From NCBI GenBank assembly GCA_963795745.1, contig CAWCIT010000008.1, positions 184,232 through 248,231 on the forward strand: 64,000 nucleotides of DNA. The letters run 5' to 3'. The position numbers were made by a program, and so were the translations under genes. Shown piece after piece: positions 51,303-59,720 of this stretch; the first letter of the stretch is position 1; each line of letters starts with the position of its first letter. The notes under the pieces were generated by a model that did not search any database, was not told the DNA's origin, and saw only the letters and a list, made by a program, of their open reading frames with translations. This DNA is from an uncultured Solirubrobacterales bacterium. GTDB lineage: Bacteria; Actinomycetota; Thermoleophilia; Solirubrobacterales; Solirubrobacteraceae.

Positions 51303-52763
51303 TCAGGTGGCCGGGGCGACCGGCGCCGCCCGCCGGCGGCCGCGGCCGTCCGACTCGCGGGCCGCCCGGCAGCGGACGGGCAGGTCGGCCATCAGCCGCT
51401 CGACCTCGGCCCGATCGCGGTCGCGCAGCACGGCATGGACCTTCCGGCCGGCCGTGTCGAGGTGGATGCTGGCCAGACGCAGCCGCCGCTGGAGCGGTCC
51501 GTCGGTCCGGCGGATGCTCTGCACCTTGGCCAGCGGCACCCAGTCGGTCACCCGCCGCAGCCGGCCGCTGGTGGTCACCGCGTAGCGCTCGTTGACGGCG
51601 TAGGAGAGGAACCGGAACCGCAGCGGCGACTTCCAGCGCGCGCGGGCCGGGGGCGGCAGCCGCTGGTCGGTCAGGTGGGGGAACACCCTGGCCACGAGGA
51701 AGGCGGCCTGCTCGTGGCTGCCGACCGGGAGCAGCGCCCGCGCGGCGGCGGCCTGGGAGCGGTCCTGGCGGCCCCGGGCCTTCTGGCTGGCCACGTCCAC
51801 CTCCAGCCGGCACCAGCCGAGCGGCCTCCAGGCCAGGGGCTCGATCATCCGGATCGCCTGGATCCGCCCGCCGGGGATCGTCTCGGCCGAGGTCTCGACC
51901 AGCCCCGAGCGCAGGCGCAGCCCGTCGGGAGCCTCGGCCACGGTCATGCGAAAGTCCCCGTTGAACCGGCGGAACACGCCGGCGAGAAGGCCGAGCAGGG
52001 GCACGGTCCCGCCGCCGATGACGGCGAGGGCGACGCCGGGGGCGGCGACGCCCAGGATGGCGAAGGCGGTGACCAGCGCGCTCAGGAGGAGGCCGGGACC
52101 GCCGAGCAGGCTGGCGGCGACCAGCTGGCCGGTCGGGACGCTCAGGAGCACCTGCTCGGACGGCGCCGCCGTGGCCTCGGGCACCCCGCGGCTCAGGGCG
52201 AGCAGGCGCGCCCGCAGCGTCTCGGCCTCGCCGACGGCGAGGAAGGCCAGACGGCCGGCCTTCCGGCTGCCGCCGGCCAGGCGGATTCGCAGCTCGGCCA
52301 GGCCGACGAGCCGGGCCAGCCCGGGGCGGACCGTGTCGATGGCCTGGATCTGGCTGAGCGGGAAGCGGTCGGAGGTCCGCCGCAGGAGTCCGCTCTCCAC
52401 TTGCAGCACGCCGGCCTCCACCCGCCATCTCGTGACGAGCCAGGAGACCAGGCCGAACCCGAGCAGGAGGGCGACGAGGCCCAGGTGGATGAGGTCGCTG
52501 CCGAGCGATCCCTTCTGGCTGCCGAGCGTGGGTACGACGAGCACGAGGAAGATGGCGATGACCCCCCGCCCGGCTCTGACCAGCGGCGAGAGCGGGTGCA
52601 GCCGCTGCCAGCCGCCCGGCAGCCCGACCGTCGACGGCTCACCGGGCGCCGGGGCTGACTCCCCGGGCGGCGGCAGCGGCTCCCTGGGCGGCGGCGGCGG
52701 CTCCCCGGGCGCCGACTCCCCGGGCGGCGGCGCGGGCGGCGGGGGGTCGGTCGGTCCGGTCAC
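51303..52763 (-). CDS. YdbT-like membrane protein with three bacterial PH (bPH_2/DUF304) domains and a Pro-rich N-terminal tail
   Basis: TM hairpins alternate with segments such as RWRVEAGVLQVESGLLRRTSDRFPLSQIQAID and ...VHAVLRDRDRAEVERL. GTG 52763 forms a GTGA overlap with the upstream stop. Confidence 0.7.
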   Translation of the reverse strand: MTGPTDPPPPAPPPGESAPGEPPPPPREPLPPPGESAPAPGEPSTVGLPGGWQRLHPLSPLVRAGRGVIAIFLVLVVPTLGSQKGSLGSDLIHLGLVALLLGFGLVSWLVTRWRVEAGVLQVESGLLRRTSDRFPLSQIQAIDTVRPGLARLVGLAELRIRLAGGSRKAGRLAFLAVGEAETLRARLLALSRGVPEATAAPSEQVLLSVPTGQLVAASLLGGPGLLLSALVTAFAILGVAAPGVALAVIGGGTVPLLGLLAGVFRRFNGDFRMTVAEAPDGLRLRSGLVETSAETIPGGRIQAIRMIEPLAWRPLGWCRLEVDVASQKARGRQDRSQAAAARALLPVGSHEQAAFLVARVFPHLTDQRLPPPARARWKSPLRFRFLSYAVNERYAVTTSGRLRRVTDWVPLAKVQSIRRTDGPLQRRLRLASIHLDTAGRKVHAVLRDRDRAEVERLMADLPVRCRAARESDGRGRRRAAPVAPAT

Positions 52764-53257
52764 AGTCCCATGGCCTGGGCCTCGCCGGAGGAGGTGAGTT
52801 GATCGCGAAGGCGCCCGGCCTCGACCGCGGGCAGGCCGGGGATGCGCGCGTCACTGGCCGCCGCGGCCGTGTGCATCTGGACCGTGGCCAGCCCGAAGGC
52901 CCGCTCGAACGGGCCGGCGGTGACCTCGACGTACTGCATGCGTCCGTAGGGGATGACCGACATCCGCCGGAACATGACCCCTCGCCTGACCAGCAGGTCG
53001 TCGGCTCGCTCGGCGTAGGCCCAGGCCCGCACGCGCCGTCCGGCCAGGACATCGGCGATCGCGCCGGCGATGCCGAGCCCGGCGACCACCGCCACCGCGA
53101 CGGAGACGGCGCCGCCGGCGGCGAGGACGGCGAGGAGACCGGCGATGACCAGCGTCAGCGTGGTCCCCGCCACCTGATACCGGCGCAGACGCCGCAGCCG
53201 CGATGACGGGACGTTCCATTTCACCTGCCCGTCGTCGACGCCCGCGGCCACCACCAT
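52760..53257 (-). CDS. YdbS-like PH-domain (bPH_2) membrane protein
   Basis: 165 aa, a TM hairpin followed by LLVRRGVMFRRMSVIPYGRMQYVEVTAGPFERAFGLATVQMHTA. This is typical of the YdbS partner of YdbT. Confidence 0.7.
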   Translation of the reverse strand: MVVAAGVDDGQVKWNVPSSRLRRLRRYQVAGTTLTLVIAGLLAVLAAGGAVSVAVAVVAGLGIAGAIADVLAGRRVRAWAYAERADDLLVRRGVMFRRMSVIPYGRMQYVEVTAGPFERAFGLATVQMHTAAAASDARIPGLPAVEAGRLRDQLTSSGEAQAMGL

Positions 53258-53330
53258 CGCGACGACGATAGTGATGGGAGTGCCGCTCCGTGCGCCGCCG
53301 GGTCGCCCGGGTCGGCCGGGTCGGGCGGGG

Positions 53331-54005
53331 TCAGCGACGGCTGCGGTAGACGGCGACGAAGTCGGCGAGCTGGCGGGCCCGGTGGAGGAACCCGCGCAGA
53401 TCGCGGACGGTCGCCCGATGGGCCAGCGCCAGCTCGACCTCGACGATCCGCAGCCCGGCCCGGGACGCGTCGATGGTCATGCCGATCTCCATCCCAAAGC
53501 GGGGGGCGAACGGGAGGACCCGGACGAGCGCCGCCGCCGAGAGGGCGCGCTGGCCGGAGATCGGTGCGGCCAGCGCCGGCCCGCCGCGCCGGCGGATCGC
53601 CCAGCCGGCGAAGCCGCGGGCCAGGCCGAAGCCGCCGCCGGCCCGGTCGGCGAAGGCGGCGACGGCGAGGTCGGCGCCGGCGCGGACCGCCCGGTCGAGC
53701 GCGCCGAGCTCGAGCGCGGTATCCGCGAGGTCGCCGTCGCAGAGCACGTAGACGGTGTCGGGCGATCCGAGCTCGAGCGCCCGGCGGGCGGCCAGCGTGG
53801 CCGTGCCGCCCTTGCCGAGCGGTCGCGCGGCGGCGAGCACCTGCGCGCCGCGGGACCGGGCCACGGCGGCCGTCGCGTCGCGCGAGGCATCGTCGCCGAC
53901 CACGACCGGCGCGCCGGGAAAAGCCCGGGCGAGGGCGTCGAGGGTGGCGCCGAGCCGGTCGGCCTCGTTGCGGGCGGTGATGATGACGATCGTGGGCGGT
54001 GGCAT
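53331..54005 (-). CDS. Glycosyltransferase family 2 protein
   Basis: TIVIITARNEADRLGATLDAL, VVVGDDASRD (DxD-like), LCDGDL, 224 aa. Confidence 0.8.
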   Translation of the reverse strand: MPPPTIVIITARNEADRLGATLDALARAFPGAPVVVGDDASRDATAAVARSRGAQVLAAARPLGKGGTATLAARRALELGSPDTVYVLCDGDLADTALELGALDRAVRAGADLAVAAFADRAGGGFGLARGFAGWAIRRRGGPALAAPISGQRALSAAALVRVLPFAPRFGMEIGMTIDASRAGLRIVEVELALAHRATVRDLRGFLHRARQLADFVAVYRSRR

Positions 54006-54073
54006 CGGGGGCGCGGTCTATTCTCCGCGCCAGTGGTCGCGGTCGACCGCCAGACCCCAAAAGGAGGCAGTGC

Positions 54074-54292
54074 GTGCCCGTAGTCGAGGCCCACATCACC
54101 GGCATCGTCTGGAAGATCGAGTGCGCCGTCGGCGACCGGATCGAGGAGGACCAGACGGTCGCCGTGCTCGAGTCGATGAAGATGGAGATGCCCGTCGAGT
54201 CGGAGTACGCCGGCCGGGTGACCGAGATCCTGTGCGCCGAGGGCGAGGCGGTCAACCAGGGCCAGACGCTGATCGTGCTCAGCGACGACTGA
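54074..54292 (+). CDS. Stand-alone biotinyl/lipoyl-attachment domain protein (BCCP-like, 72 aa)
   Basis: The E[AS]MKM biotinylation motif is in VAVLESMKMEMPVESEYAGRV. AAGGAGG lies 6 nt upstream of GTG 54074. The tracked ORF start 53999 lies inside the divergent GT2 gene. Confidence 0.8.
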   Translation: MPVVEAHITGIVWKIECAVGDRIEEDQTVAVLESMKMEMPVESEYAGRVTEILCAEGEAVNQGQTLIVLSDD

Positions 54293-54361
54293 CGGCGGCG
54301 AGCGTCGGTCGCGAGCGGGCGGGCGGGCGGGCGGGCCGGCCGGCGTCGGGGCCGGCGGGCG

Positions 54362-54377
54362 GAAACGCCGTGGAAAC
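54362..54377. promoter_or_regulatory. GAAAC-n6-GAAAC direct repeat upstream of narK (candidate GlnR-type box)
   Basis: gGAAACgccgtgGAAACacg, with the pentamers at 54362-54366 and 54373-54377 (an 11-bp period), about 185 bp upstream of the narK ATG. Confidence 0.35.
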
Positions 54378-54559
54378 ACGCCGGACTCGTCGTCCTCATC
54401 GGCCGGTCATCGAATCGATATCCGGCCGCCGTAGCTTCCCGGGCCGGAGGTATGTGACTACCCGGGAGGTCTGATGAGCACGGTGGGCGACGGTCGGCGC
54501 ACGGCGCCGGCGGCAGGCGGCAGGCGGGCACGGCGCCGCCGGAGCGGCGAGGCGGGTCG

Positions 54560-56218
54560 ATGAGCACCGGCGTCCGCGCGCCGGCCGCACCGACCTACCG
54601 AGCCGGGACGGCGACCAAGCGCCTCCAGCGGGGTCGGTGGATCGACGAGTGGGAGCCTGAGAACGAGGCGTTCTGGGCGGCGGGCGGGCGGACGATCGCG
54701 CGCAAGAACCTCGCCTTCTCGATCTTCGCCGAGCACCTCGGGTTCTGCGTCTGGGTCCTGTGGACGATCGTCGTCCTCAACCTCGCCTCCGTCGGCATCA
54801 CCATGTCGATCTCCGAGCTGTTCTGGCTGACCGCGGTGCCGAATCTGATCGGCTCGGCCCTGCGGATCCCCTACACGTTCGCGATCCCCCGCTTCGGCGG
54901 GCGCCTGTGGACGACCATCAGCGCGGCCCTGCTGCTGATCCCGGTGACGCTGCTCGCCGCCCTCCTGCCGAGCGCGTGGCTCCACGCGCAGAGCCACGGC
55001 ACGCAGTTCTGGGTCCTGTTCGCGTGCGCGGCGACCGCAGGGGTCGGGGGCGGGAACTTCTCGTCGTCGATGGCCAACATCTCGTTCTTCTACCCGGAGC
55101 GGCGCAAGGGCTTCGCGCTGGGTCTGAACGCGGCCGGCGGCAACCTCGGCGTGGCCGTGACCCAGCTGCTGGTGCCGCTGGTGATCATCGTCGGGGTGCC
55201 GGCGGCGGCGGTGAAGCTGCCGATCCACCCGGTCCACCTGGCCTACGCCGGGCTCGTCTGGATCCCGTTCATCGTCCTGGCCGCGCTCGGCGCCTACCTG
55301 TACATGGACAGCCTGACCCAGGCGCGGACGGACACCAGGGCCTACTCGCAGGCGATCCGCAACCGGCAGACGTGGATCATGTCGCTGCTCTACATCGGGA
55401 CGTTCGGGTCGTTCATCGGCTACTCGTTCGCGCTGCCGCTGGTGATCAAGAACACGTTCCCGGAGTTCCTGGCCCACCATGTGTTCATCGCCACCTACCT
55501 GGCCGGCCTGGGCTTCATGGGCGCGCTGCTGGGCTCGTTGTCGCGTCCGCTGGGCGGCTGGACGTCGGACCGGCTGGGCGGCGCCCGGGTCACGCTGGCG
55601 TCGTTCGTGGGGATGGGCGTGTTCACGGTGACGGCGATCGCCGCCGTCGACGCGCACAGCTTCACGTGGTTCTTCGCGTCCTACATGGTGATCTTCTTCC
55701 TCGCGGGGATGGGCAACGGCTCGGCGTACCGGATGATCCCGGCCATCTTCGCCACCCTGGCCACGCGCCACGTGGCCGAACACGGGGGCGACGACCGGGC
55801 GACGCGGCTGTCGTTCAAGCGCCAGACGGCGGCCGTGATCGGGGTCGCCGGGTCGGTCGGGGCGTTCGGCGGCTTCCTGATCCAGGTCGTCTTCCGCCAG
55901 GCGAGCCTCCACGTGTCGGGCCTCCTGGCGGCGGCGACGGCCAGGGGCAGCAAGGTCACGGCGCCGCTGATGAAGGTGATCGCCACCAGCCACGACCGGG
56001 CGCTCGTCGCGCACGACAAGCTGCTGCTGGCCCACGACAAGGCGGCGGGGCTCCAGGCGAAGGTGGCGATCGCCCACGCCAACGCGCACTGGTCGATCGG
56101 GGCGCTCCAGGTCTTCCTGGGCGCCTACGTGCTGCTCGCGGCGATGACGTGGGTCTTCTACCTGCGCCGGGCGCCGGCGACGAGCAGGCTCCCGAGCCTG
56201 GCCGAGGCGTCGATCTGA
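54560..56218 (+). CDS. narK: MFS nitrate/nitrite transporter (NNP family)
   Basis: 12-TM MFS with nitrate-porter signature regions, GVGGGNFSSSMANISFFYPERRKGFALGLNAAGGNLG and GMGNGSAYRMIP. A ~90-aa C-terminal extension carries an extra TM helix. Confidence 0.9.
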   Translation: MSTGVRAPAAPTYRAGTATKRLQRGRWIDEWEPENEAFWAAGGRTIARKNLAFSIFAEHLGFCVWVLWTIVVLNLASVGITMSISELFWLTAVPNLIGSALRIPYTFAIPRFGGRLWTTISAALLLIPVTLLAALLPSAWLHAQSHGTQFWVLFACAATAGVGGGNFSSSMANISFFYPERRKGFALGLNAAGGNLGVAVTQLLVPLVIIVGVPAAAVKLPIHPVHLAYAGLVWIPFIVLAALGAYLYMDSLTQARTDTRAYSQAIRNRQTWIMSLLYIGTFGSFIGYSFALPLVIKNTFPEFLAHHVFIATYLAGLGFMGALLGSLSRPLGGWTSDRLGGARVTLASFVGMGVFTVTAIAAVDAHSFTWFFASYMVIFFLAGMGNGSAYRMIPAIFATLATRHVAEHGGDDRATRLSFKRQTAAVIGVAGSVGAFGGFLIQVVFRQASLHVSGLLAAATARGSKVTAPLMKVIATSHDRALVAHDKLLLAHDKAAGLQAKVAIAHANAHWSIGALQVFLGAYVLLAAMTWVFYLRRAPATSRLPSLAEASI

Positions 56219-56397
56219 GGGGGCGGGAGTCGGGCCGGCACCGCGTCCGCCCGGGGTCGGGGTCGGCCGGCGCGGGCTCGGCCGGGGGGGTGCGGGCCGC
56301 GCTGGGGCGGGGGTGGAGCGGTGGACCCAGGCGCGGCCGGCGGGTGCAGGTGCGGGGGGTTGACGTCCGGTTGGCCGCGTAAGCTGTCGAGCAACTC

Positions 56398-57537
56398 ATG
56401 CCACCGCTGATCACACGGGATGAGGCCCGGCGCCTCGGGGAGCTCGAGGACCATGAGGCGATCGAGGCCCTGATCGAGCGCGCCTGGCGGGCGCGGACCG
56501 AGCATTTCGGCGACGCGACCGACATGTGCTCGCTGGTCAACGCCAAGTCGGGCGGCTGCGCCGAGGACTGCGGCTTCTGCGCCCAGTCGCGGTACGCGTC
56601 GGCGGATACGCCGATGCACGCGATGATGGAGCCCGAGCAGATCCTCGAGCACGCGCGGGCGGCGGAGGCGGCCGGGGCCCACCGCTTCTGCATGGTCACC
56701 CAGGGCCAGGGGCTCGGCCGGCGGGACTTCGAGAAGGTGCTCGCGGGAGCGCGGCTGGTCGCCGAGCACACGAACCTCAAGCGCTGCGCCTCGATCGGCC
56801 ACACCTCGCCGGAGCGGGCGCGGGCGCTCAGGGAGGCCGGAATCCAGCGGGTCCACCACAACGTCGAGACGGCGGCCAGCTACTACGACGAGGTCACGAC
56901 CACCGTCCGCTACGAGGGACGCCTGCGGACGATCGACGCCGTGCGGGAGGCGGGTCTCGAGACCTGTGTCGGCGGCATCCTCAACCTCGGCGAGACGCGC
57001 GAGCAGCGGGTGGAGATGGCCTTCGAGCTGGCGGGGATCAACCCGACCAGCGTCCCCATCAACATGCTCAACCCGCGGCCGGGGACCAAGTTCGGCGACC
57101 GCGACCACATGGATCCGTGGGAGGCGGTCAAGTGGATCGCGATCTTTCGCCTGATCCTGCCCGAGGCGCTCTTCCGCCTGTGCGGCGGGCGGGTCGAGAA
57201 CCTCGGCGAGCTCCAGTCCCTCGCCGTCAGGGCGGGAATCAACGGGGTGATGATGGGCAACTTCCTGACCACCCTCGGCTCCACGCCGCAGGAGGACCGG
57301 GCGCGGTTCGAGGAGTTGGGGCTGAACGTCGGCCGCCAGCCCGACAACGGGTCCAACCCGCGGCCCGACAACCGGAGCGGCTGGCTCGAGGGCGAGACGC
57401 CGGCGGCCGAACTGCGGGAGCTGCCGCCGCCCCGGCCCGAGCTCGATGTCCGCCTCTGGGATCCGTCGACCCAGCTGCGCTTCCAGGCCAAACGGTCGGT
57501 GCCGGGCCGGCCGGACGGAGCCCGAGCCGGCACATGA
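56398..57537 (+). CDS. bioB: Biotin synthase (radical SAM)
   Basis: CAEDCGFCAQS (CxxxCxxC), the YNHN-type block VHHNVET, GGILNLGE, and a Pro/Arg-rich C-terminal tail. Confidence 0.95.
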   Translation: MPPLITRDEARRLGELEDHEAIEALIERAWRARTEHFGDATDMCSLVNAKSGGCAEDCGFCAQSRYASADTPMHAMMEPEQILEHARAAEAAGAHRFCMVTQGQGLGRRDFEKVLAGARLVAEHTNLKRCASIGHTSPERARALREAGIQRVHHNVETAASYYDEVTTTVRYEGRLRTIDAVREAGLETCVGGILNLGETREQRVEMAFELAGINPTSVPINMLNPRPGTKFGDRDHMDPWEAVKWIAIFRLILPEALFRLCGGRVENLGELQSLAVRAGINGVMMGNFLTTLGSTPQEDRARFEELGLNVGRQPDNGSNPRPDNRSGWLEGETPAAELRELPPPRPELDVRLWDPSTQLRFQAKRSVPGRPDGARAGT

Positions 57538-57556
57538 CCAGGGAGGTAGGCGTCCG

Positions 57557-58897
57557 ATGAGCGAGATCCAGGAGCGCCTCGAGGAGCTGCGCGGGCTCGG
57601 CCTGTACCGGCGGATGCGGATGGTCAGCGGGCCGCAGGGTCCACGCGTGCTGCTCGACGGCAAGCCGGTGCTGCTCCTGTGCTCGAACAACTACCTGGGC
57701 CTGGCCGACCACCCGCGCGTGCGCGAGGCGGCGGCCGAGGCGGCGATGCGCTGGGGCGTGGGCGCCGGGGCGTCGCGGCTGGTCTCGGGGACGATGACCA
57801 TCCACCGCCGCCTGGAGGACCGCCTGGCGGACTTCGAGCGGACCGAGTCGTGCCTGCTCTTCGGCTCGGGCTACCTGGCCAACCTGGGCGTGATCGGGGC
57901 GCTGGCCGGTCGCGACGAGGTGGTCTTCTCCGACGCCCTCAACCACGCGTCGATCGTCGACGGCTGCCGCCTGTCGAGGGCGGAGACGTTCGTCTACGAC
58001 CACGGCGACACCGAGCACCTGGCCTGGGGCCTGCGCCAGGCGGACGGGCGCGGTGCGCTGATCGTCACCGATTCGGTGTTCTCGATGGACGGCGACGTGG
58101 CGCCGCTGGCCGAGCTCGTCGAGCTTGCCCGCCGGTTCGACGTGCGCCTGATGGTCGACGAGGCCCACGCTACGGGCGCGCTCGGGCCGGGCGGCCGGGG
58201 CGCGGTGGCGGCCGCGGGGCTCGAGGGCGAGGTCGACGTGATCGTGGGGACCCTGGGCAAGGCGCTCGGCTCCTACGGCGCCTACGTCTGCTGCGACGCC
58301 GAGATCGCCCAGCTCCTGGTCAACACCGCCCGGCCGTTCATCTTCTCGACCGCACCGCCGCCACCGGCGGTGGCCGGAGCGCTGGCGGCGCTCGAGCTCA
58401 TGGTCGAGCAGCCGCGCCGAGTCGAGCGCCTCCAGGCGGCCGCCGCCCACCTGCGCGATCAGCTCACGCTGGCCGGGGTGCCGGCGCCGGTGTCGGCCAC
58501 GCAGATCGTGCCGCTGGTCATCGGGGACGCGGCCATGACCGTCCGCGTCTGCGAGGGCGCGCTGGCCCGCGGGGTCTTCGCCCAGGCGATCCGGCCGCCG
58601 ACGGTGCCTCCGGGCAGTTCGCGCCTGCGCCTGGCCGTGATGGCCTCGCACACCCACGCCGAGCTCAGCCGTGCGGCCCAGGCGATCGCCGCCGCCGCCC
58701 GCGAGGCCGGGGCCGAGTTCGAGCGTCCGGCGCCGCCGATCCCGCGCCGGGAGCCGGAGCCGGAGCCGGCGCCGGCACCGACGCCGCGCCGGCAGCCCGA
58801 GCCGGCCGCTCGGGGGCTGGCCGACGGTTCGCCCGCGTCGGCGAGTCCGGCGCTGTTCGACTTCGAGTCGGAATCGGCGGTCCCGCGCGCGGCGTGA
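57557..58897 (+). CDS. bioF: 8-amino-7-oxononanoate synthase
   Basis: GLYRRMRMV, LLLCSNNYLGLADHP, SGYLANLG, SDALNHASIVDG, DSVFSMDGD, VDEAHATG, GTLGKALGS (PLP Lys). ATG 57557 is preceded by GGGAGG. A Pro-rich tail follows. Confidence 0.9.
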   Translation: MSEIQERLEELRGLGLYRRMRMVSGPQGPRVLLDGKPVLLLCSNNYLGLADHPRVREAAAEAAMRWGVGAGASRLVSGTMTIHRRLEDRLADFERTESCLLFGSGYLANLGVIGALAGRDEVVFSDALNHASIVDGCRLSRAETFVYDHGDTEHLAWGLRQADGRGALIVTDSVFSMDGDVAPLAELVELARRFDVRLMVDEAHATGALGPGGRGAVAAAGLEGEVDVIVGTLGKALGSYGAYVCCDAEIAQLLVNTARPFIFSTAPPPPAVAGALAALELMVEQPRRVERLQAAAAHLRDQLTLAGVPAPVSATQIVPLVIGDAAMTVRVCEGALARGVFAQAIRPPTVPPGSSRLRLAVMASHTHAELSRAAQAIAAAAREAGAEFERPAPPIPRREPEPEPAPAPTPRRQPEPAARGLADGSPASASPALFDFESESAVPRAA

Positions 58898-59081
58898 GCA
58901 GCCGACGGGGAGCCCGGTGCGCGGCTGCCCGGTGATTGCGACCGGCGTCGGCGTCGGCAAGACGGTGCCCGCGGTCGCCGGTCCGGCGCGCGGCGTGAGC
59001 AGCCGACGGGGAGACCGGTGCGCGGCTGCCTGGTGACCGCGACCGACACGGGGGTCGGCAAGACGGTGCTCGCGGCGGCGA
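58880..59081 (+). repeat. 101-bp tandem duplication (2 diverged copies) spanning the bioF stop / bioD start junction
   Basis: 58880..58980 (gtcccgcgcgcggcgtgagcagccgacggggagcccggtgcgcggctgcccggtgattgcgaccggcgtcggcgtcggcaagacggtgcc...) aligns with 58981..59081 (gtccggcgcgcggcgtgagcagccgacggggagaccggtgcgcggctgcctggtgaccgcgaccgacacgggggtcggcaagacggtgct...). Confidence 0.85.
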
Positions 59082-59695
59082 TCATCGCCGCCCTGGCGGC
59101 GCGCGGCGAGCGGGTCGTCGCGCTGAAACCGGCGGTCACCGGTCTCGACGAGCGGGAGCCCGGCGTCCCGGCCGACCACGAGTTGCTCGGTGCGTGCGCG
59201 GGGATGGCGCCCGACGACGTCGCGCCCCACCGCTTCGGCCCGGCGGCGTCGCCCCACCTGGCGGCCGCGCTCGCCGGGCGGCCGATCGACGTGCCCGGGC
59301 TCGTGGCCCGCGCCCGGGCGAGCCGGGCCGATGCTCTGGTCGTCGAGGGCGTCGGCGGCCTGCTCGTTCCCCTGGCGCCCGGCTGGGACGTCCGGGCCTT
59401 CGCCGTCGCCCTCGGCCTGCCCGTCGTCATCGCCGCCCGACCGGGGCTCGGGACGATCAACCACACGCTCCTGACCGTCGAGGCGGCACGGGCCGCCGGC
59501 CTCGACGTTCGCGCCGTCGTCCTCACCCCGTGGCCGCGCCGGCCGAGTCCGGTCGAGCAGTCCAACCGCGTGACGATCGCCGAGCTCGTGGCGATCCCGG
59601 TGGCCGTCCTCCCCCGGGTCGCCCGCCTTGACCCGGCCGAGCTCGCCGCCGCCGGCGCCGGCCTCCCGCTCGACCGCTGGCTCGGGCCCGCCTGA
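59018..59695 (+). CDS. bioD: Dethiobiotin synthase
   Basis: LVTATDTGVGKTV (P-loop), ALKPAVTG, VVEGVGGLLVP, 225 aa. Confidence 0.9.
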   Translation: MRGCLVTATDTGVGKTVLAAAIIAALAARGERVVALKPAVTGLDEREPGVPADHELLGACAGMAPDDVAPHRFGPAASPHLAAALAGRPIDVPGLVARARASRADALVVEGVGGLLVPLAPGWDVRAFAVALGLPVVIAARPGLGTINHTLLTVEAARAAGLDVRAVVLTPWPRRPSPVEQSNRVTIAELVAIPVAVLPRVARLDPAELAAAGAGLPLDRWLGPA

Positions 59696-59720
59696 GGCGG
59701 CCCCTGCCAGACTGTTCGGT

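Noticed and set aside
56360-56385. TTGACG … TAAGCT upstream of bioB as a sigma-70 promoter
   Set aside because: The spacer between the hexamers is only 14 nt, outside the usual 16-19 nt. TAAGCT alone (TAnnnT) may still be a -10 element for a near-leaderless transcript, but I cannot support a promoter call.
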